From: a virus
IMG/VR virus record: IMGVR_UViG_3300042923_000502
Coordinates: 64,001 to 128,000 of that record
Length of the DNA: 64,000 bases
Strand: one strand, 5' to 3'
Positions 60,439 to 64,000 of this stretch are shown here, in pieces. The first letter of the stretch is position 1, and each line of letters begins with the position of its first letter. A program made the position numbers and the translations under genes. A model generated the notes under the pieces. That model was not told the origin of the DNA, searched no databases, and was given only the letters and a program-made list of their open reading frames with translations.

Positions 60439-63400
60439 TAATTTTCATAAGCACACTCATTATTCAAACATCTCTACTCCAGATTGTATTGTGAAACCAG
60501 TTGATTTTGCTAAAAGAGCAAAGGAACTTGGTCACACAACACTATGTACTACGGAGCATGGATACGCAGGAAATGTCTATGAGTATTATGATGTTGCTAA
60601 AGAATATGGTTTGAAACTTGTTTTTGGTGTAGAATTCTATTATGTTAATGATAGATTTGAAAAAGATAGATCAAACACTCACCTTATGATTGTAGCTAAA
60701 AACAATGAAGGAAAAAGAGAATTGACAAAATTGATTAGTGAGTCACACAAAACCGGATTCTATTACAAAAATAGAATTGATAAAGAACTTGTGTTGAGTT
60801 TGAATCCAAAGAATGTTATAGTTACGTCAACGTGTGTTATGAGTTATATCGGAAAACATGATGATTATGAAGAAAACTTTATTTGTCCTTTGCACGAACA
60901 TTTTAAGGAAAATTTCTATCTAGAGATTCATGACAATGAACATATTATGCAAGTTAACTATAATAAAAAGATTCTTGATATTCATAATAAATATGGAATC
61001 CCCTTTATTCATGCTTGTGATTCTCATTATATCTATCCAGAACAAGATAGTGATCGAACGGAATTTCTTAATGGTAAGGGGATTCACTATGATGAAGAGG
61101 AAGGGTTTATTCTTGATTATCCAGATTCTAAAACTATATTTGAAAGATATGAAAAGCAAGGAGTGTTTACAAGAGAGCAAGTAGAATCTTCTCTTTTAAA
61201 CACTTTGATTCTCGATGATTTTGAAGACATTCATATGGATAAAGAAATAAAAATGCCAAGTATTTATCCTACATTGACTCATGAACAAAAAATGAAGAAA
61301 CTTAAAGATATTATCAACGAAGAATGGGTGAAAGATAGAAAAGAAATTCCGAAAAACCAGCATCAAAAATATATTGATGCTATTCGATTCGAAACTAAAA
61401 TTATAGAAGACACGAAAATGGAAGATTACTTTCTTCTTAATTATGAAATAATAAAGAAAGCAAAAGGTAAAGGTGGTGTGTTGACTAGAACAGGTAGAGG
61501 TAGCGCTCCATCATTTTATATCAACAAACTTTTAGGATTTACCGAGATAGATAGATTGAGCGCACCAATTACATTGTATCCTACAAGATTTATGAGTAAG
61601 TCAAGAATATTAGAAACAAAGTCTTTACCAGATATAGATTTTAACACGGCATCTCCTGAACCATTCTCAGAAGCGGCAAAAGAAGTGTTGGGTGATGATA
61701 ATGTATACTATATGACAGCCTATGGCACTATGCAAGAAAGTGAAGCATTCCGCAACTATTGTCGTGCTAAAAATCTTAGGATGGAATCTTACAATGAGGT
61801 AGGAAAAGATTTGGATAAGTATCGCAATGATGGAAAATGGAAAGATATTATCAAAGAATCTGCTAAATTTATTGATGTTATTGATAGTGTCTCTCCGCAT
61901 CCCTGTGCTTTTTTGTTACTATCAGAATCTATATCCGAAGAAGTTGGAATTATTAGAACAATGAATACAACAACTAAAAAAGTCACATATTGTGCATTGA
62001 TTGATAGTACGACATCGGACTATTGGAAATATCTCAAGAATGACTTCTTAACCGTAACTGTTTGGGATATCATAAGTAAAACTTTTGATATGATTAAACA
62101 GCCAATTCCTAATATACGTGAACTAAGTAGACTTGTTGAAAACGATAAGAAAGTTTGGGATTTATACGAGAAGGGATTTACTATAACGTTAAATCAAACA
62201 GGAACTAATTCGGGTACGCCACAAGTAATGCAATATAAACCAAAAAACATCCGTGAATTATCCGGTTGGGTAAGTGCAATAAGACCATCTTTTGCATCTA
62301 TGAAAGAGATATTCTTAAATAGAAAACCTTTTTCATATGGAATAAAAGAGTTTGATGAAATACTTGAAGAGTCTGATAATTTTGTATTATATCAAGAGAA
62401 CATCATGGCAGCTCTAGTTTTTGCTGGATTCCCCGAAGATGAAACTTATGGTCTTCTTAAAGCTATTGCTAAAAAGAAGGAAGGGATTATTGAACCTATC
62501 CAAGATAGATTCTTGAATGGATTCATCGAAAAAACGGGAAGTAAAGAAAATGCGGAAATGGTTTGGAAGATCATTGAAGATGCAGTAGGATATGGATTTA
62601 ATTCTTCACATGCTTATGCGGTAGCATTGGATAGTATTTATGGCGCTTACTTGAAGGCAAATTATCCTTTAGCTTATTTCACTGTAGTATTGAATCAATA
62701 TGAGAATGACACGAAGATGACTGGTAAAATATCAAATGAATTACCTCACTTTGGAATAAAGATTGCTCCAATTAAGTTCGGAAAATCAAGAGGACATTAT
62801 TCTCCAAATGAAGACGACAATTCAATCGTCAAGGGAATAAAATCAGTAAAATTCCTAAACAACATTATTGCAGATGAATTGTTCTTTTTGGGATTAAACA
62901 AATATGACACATTCATTGATTTACTCATTGATATCAAAGAGAAGACTTCTTGTGATGCGAGACAACTTAATATATTAACAAGACTAGATTTCTTTTCTGA
63001 TTTTGGAAAAAAAGAAGAATTGCTTGCAATTATAAAAGAATTCTCCGATGGGAAGAACCGATATAGTCCTACTCATAAAGAAGCGACAAAAATAAAAAGG
63101 AGATTGGGTCTTTATGAATACGAAAAGGCAGTTTTTAATGGAGAAATTGAGCTATCATTTTTTACTCCAATAGAGACAGTTCTTTTTGAGAAAGAGTATT
63201 GTGGATTCATCTCTAGCACATTCCCCGAAATTAACGGAAGAGTTGTAGGTGTACTTGATATTGATATGAAGTATACTCCTAAGATTAGTTGCTACATCTT
63301 TAAATCGGGAGAGTTGTTCGAATTCAAGGTAAAGAAAGATAAGTTCTTTGGAAGAAAGGACATCGAAGCATTTGAAACGGGTGATATGATCAAGATTTTG

Positions 63401-63508
63401 GCAATCTCTGAAAGAGAGAAGAACAAGAAGGTAGATGATAAGTGGGTCAAAACCGGAGAAATGGAATATTACTTGGAAAAATGTGCAAGATACCGCTTGA
63501 CAAAATGA
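60428..63508 (+). CDS. dnaE: DNA polymerase III alpha subunit (family C)
   Basis: PHP HKHTHYS / TEHG / DSHY; GRGSA, PDIDFN, YGFNSSHA. Confidence 0.93.
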   Translation: MRYNNFHKHTHYSNISTPDCIVKPVDFAKRAKELGHTTLCTTEHGYAGNVYEYYDVAKEYGLKLVFGVEFYYVNDRFEKDRSNTHLMIVAKNNEGKRELTKLISESHKTGFYYKNRIDKELVLSLNPKNVIVTSTCVMSYIGKHDDYEENFICPLHEHFKENFYLEIHDNEHIMQVNYNKKILDIHNKYGIPFIHACDSHYIYPEQDSDRTEFLNGKGIHYDEEEGFILDYPDSKTIFERYEKQGVFTREQVESSLLNTLILDDFEDIHMDKEIKMPSIYPTLTHEQKMKKLKDIINEEWVKDRKEIPKNQHQKYIDAIRFETKIIEDTKMEDYFLLNYEIIKKAKGKGGVLTRTGRGSAPSFYINKLLGFTEIDRLSAPITLYPTRFMSKSRILETKSLPDIDFNTASPEPFSEAAKEVLGDDNVYYMTAYGTMQESEAFRNYCRAKNLRMESYNEVGKDLDKYRNDGKWKDIIKESAKFIDVIDSVSPHPCAFLLLSESISEEVGIIRTMNTTTKKVTYCALIDSTTSDYWKYLKNDFLTVTVWDIISKTFDMIKQPIPNIRELSRLVENDKKVWDLYEKGFTITLNQTGTNSGTPQVMQYKPKNIRELSGWVSAIRPSFASMKEIFLNRKPFSYGIKEFDEILEESDNFVLYQENIMAALVFAGFPEDETYGLLKAIAKKKEGIIEPIQDRFLNGFIEKTGSKENAEMVWKIIEDAVGYGFNSSHAYAVALDSIYGAYLKANYPLAYFTVVLNQYENDTKMTGKISNELPHFGIKIAPIKFGKSRGHYSPNEDDNSIVKGIKSVKFLNNIIADELFFLGLNKYDTFIDLLIDIKEKTSCDARQLNILTRLDFFSDFGKKEELLAIIKEFSDGKNRYSPTHKEATKIKRRLGLYEYEKAVFNGEIELSFFTPIETVLFEKEYCGFISSTFPEINGRVVGVLDIDMKYTPKISCYIFKSGELFEFKVKKDKFFGRKDIEAFETGDMIKILAISEREKNKKVDDKWVKTGEMEYYLEKCARYRLTK

Positions 63509-63525
63509 CAAATGTAAGATAAAAT
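63497..63525 (+). promoter_or_regulatory. SigA promoter whose -10 is the TAAAAT of the motif
   Basis: TTGACA-aaatgacaaatgtaaga-TAAAAT. Confidence 0.75.
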
Positions 63526-63848
63526 AAAAAGACAAACTAAACGGGAGGACTTATGACTAAAGAAGATGACAAAGAGATACTAACACTCATAAGAGAACTT
63601 GCGCAAAAAGATGTAGTTATAAATACACTATTAAAAGTATCGGAAGTTAATGTTCGAATGGAAATGGTTGGAGAGAGAGTAAGTAAAGAATTCTTGGATG
63701 ATCGAATTGTTTCACATGAATTGAAAACCTTGATTAAATCTATACTTTCTTTCCAATCAAATAGAATTGAAGGATTATATGAAGACTTAAAATTTGCTCA
63801 AGCAAACATGGTGATCAATCCAGTATTTTTGAAGAGCGAATAAGCTAT

Positions 63849-63902
63849 TTATTGGGATTAGAGTCGTTTACACTTCAAAAGTGCGATTTTTAATCCCAAT
63901 AA
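63849..63902. terminator. Long hairpin after the last ORF
   Basis: TTATTGGGATTA/TAATCCCAATAA with an inner stem. Confidence 0.55.
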
Positions 63903-63929
63903 CTTTCTAGGATTTGAGAGGTCAAACTT

Positions 63930-63955
63930 ATAGATAAAATCTATATTTTATCTAT
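63930..63955. repeat. Palindromic site 5
   Basis: ATAGATAAAA-TCTATA-TTTTATCTAT. Confidence 0.95.
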
Positions 63956-64000
63956 CGCTAAAACCAAAATTGAGAGGGTGGACAAAAATGTCGGATTACG

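Larger units (their letters stand above)
4024..63525 (+). repeat. Dispersed 18-bp motif ACAA(A/G)TG(T/A)AAGATAAAAT, about 30 copies
   Basis: Copies read by eye at 4024, 4825, 9215, 11329, 11549, 11617, 17852, 17913, 19041, 20212, 21611, 21686, 22074, 25010, 27190, 27558, 32099, 33379, 33455, 38768, 38795, 39518, 41384, 46550, 47440, 51221, 53339, 54286, 55397, 55941, 59328, 63508. Confidence 0.92.

Noticed and set aside
4024-63525. Dispersed 18-bp motif as a CRISPR array
   Set aside because: Copies are mostly separated by whole genes, not 30-40 nt spacers, and no cas genes are present.

Overview
AT-rich segment of a large Bacillota (Bacillus/Paenibacillus-type) phage or prophage with an SPbeta-like replication module. 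Essentially every real gene is on the + strand, and I saw no structural genes, integrase, tRNA/rRNA genes or CRISPR array. Contents: (1) a left counter-defence-like island with tandem minimal kinases, YqeY, PnuC-NadR, an acyl carrier protein homologue lacking the attachment serine, and an RNA/tRNA repair set (Rnl1, Pnk-HD, Rnl2-family ligase, CCA enzyme); (2) replication and recombination genes (SSB-like, Sak4-like ATPase, DnaB-like helicase, primase, RecJ, DnaE, DNA methyltransferase); (3) nucleotide metabolism (nrdI, nrdE split by a group I intron at 42546-43401, nrdF, dut, thioredoxin, thyA, dfr); (4) a second NAD module (NAMPT-NMNAT-Nudix) near a Mesh1-like HD hydrolase; (5) seven homing endonuclease genes. 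The most striking non-coding signal is an 18-bp motif ACAA(A/G)TG(T/A)AAGATAAAAT, seen about 30 times by eye, always on the + strand, at gene boundaries and over SigA promoters. A palindromic form, ATAGATAAAA-N6-TTTTATCTAT, occurs five times, and four of those copies directly follow members of one expanded paralog family. All protein calls come from motif recognition only; no searches were run.
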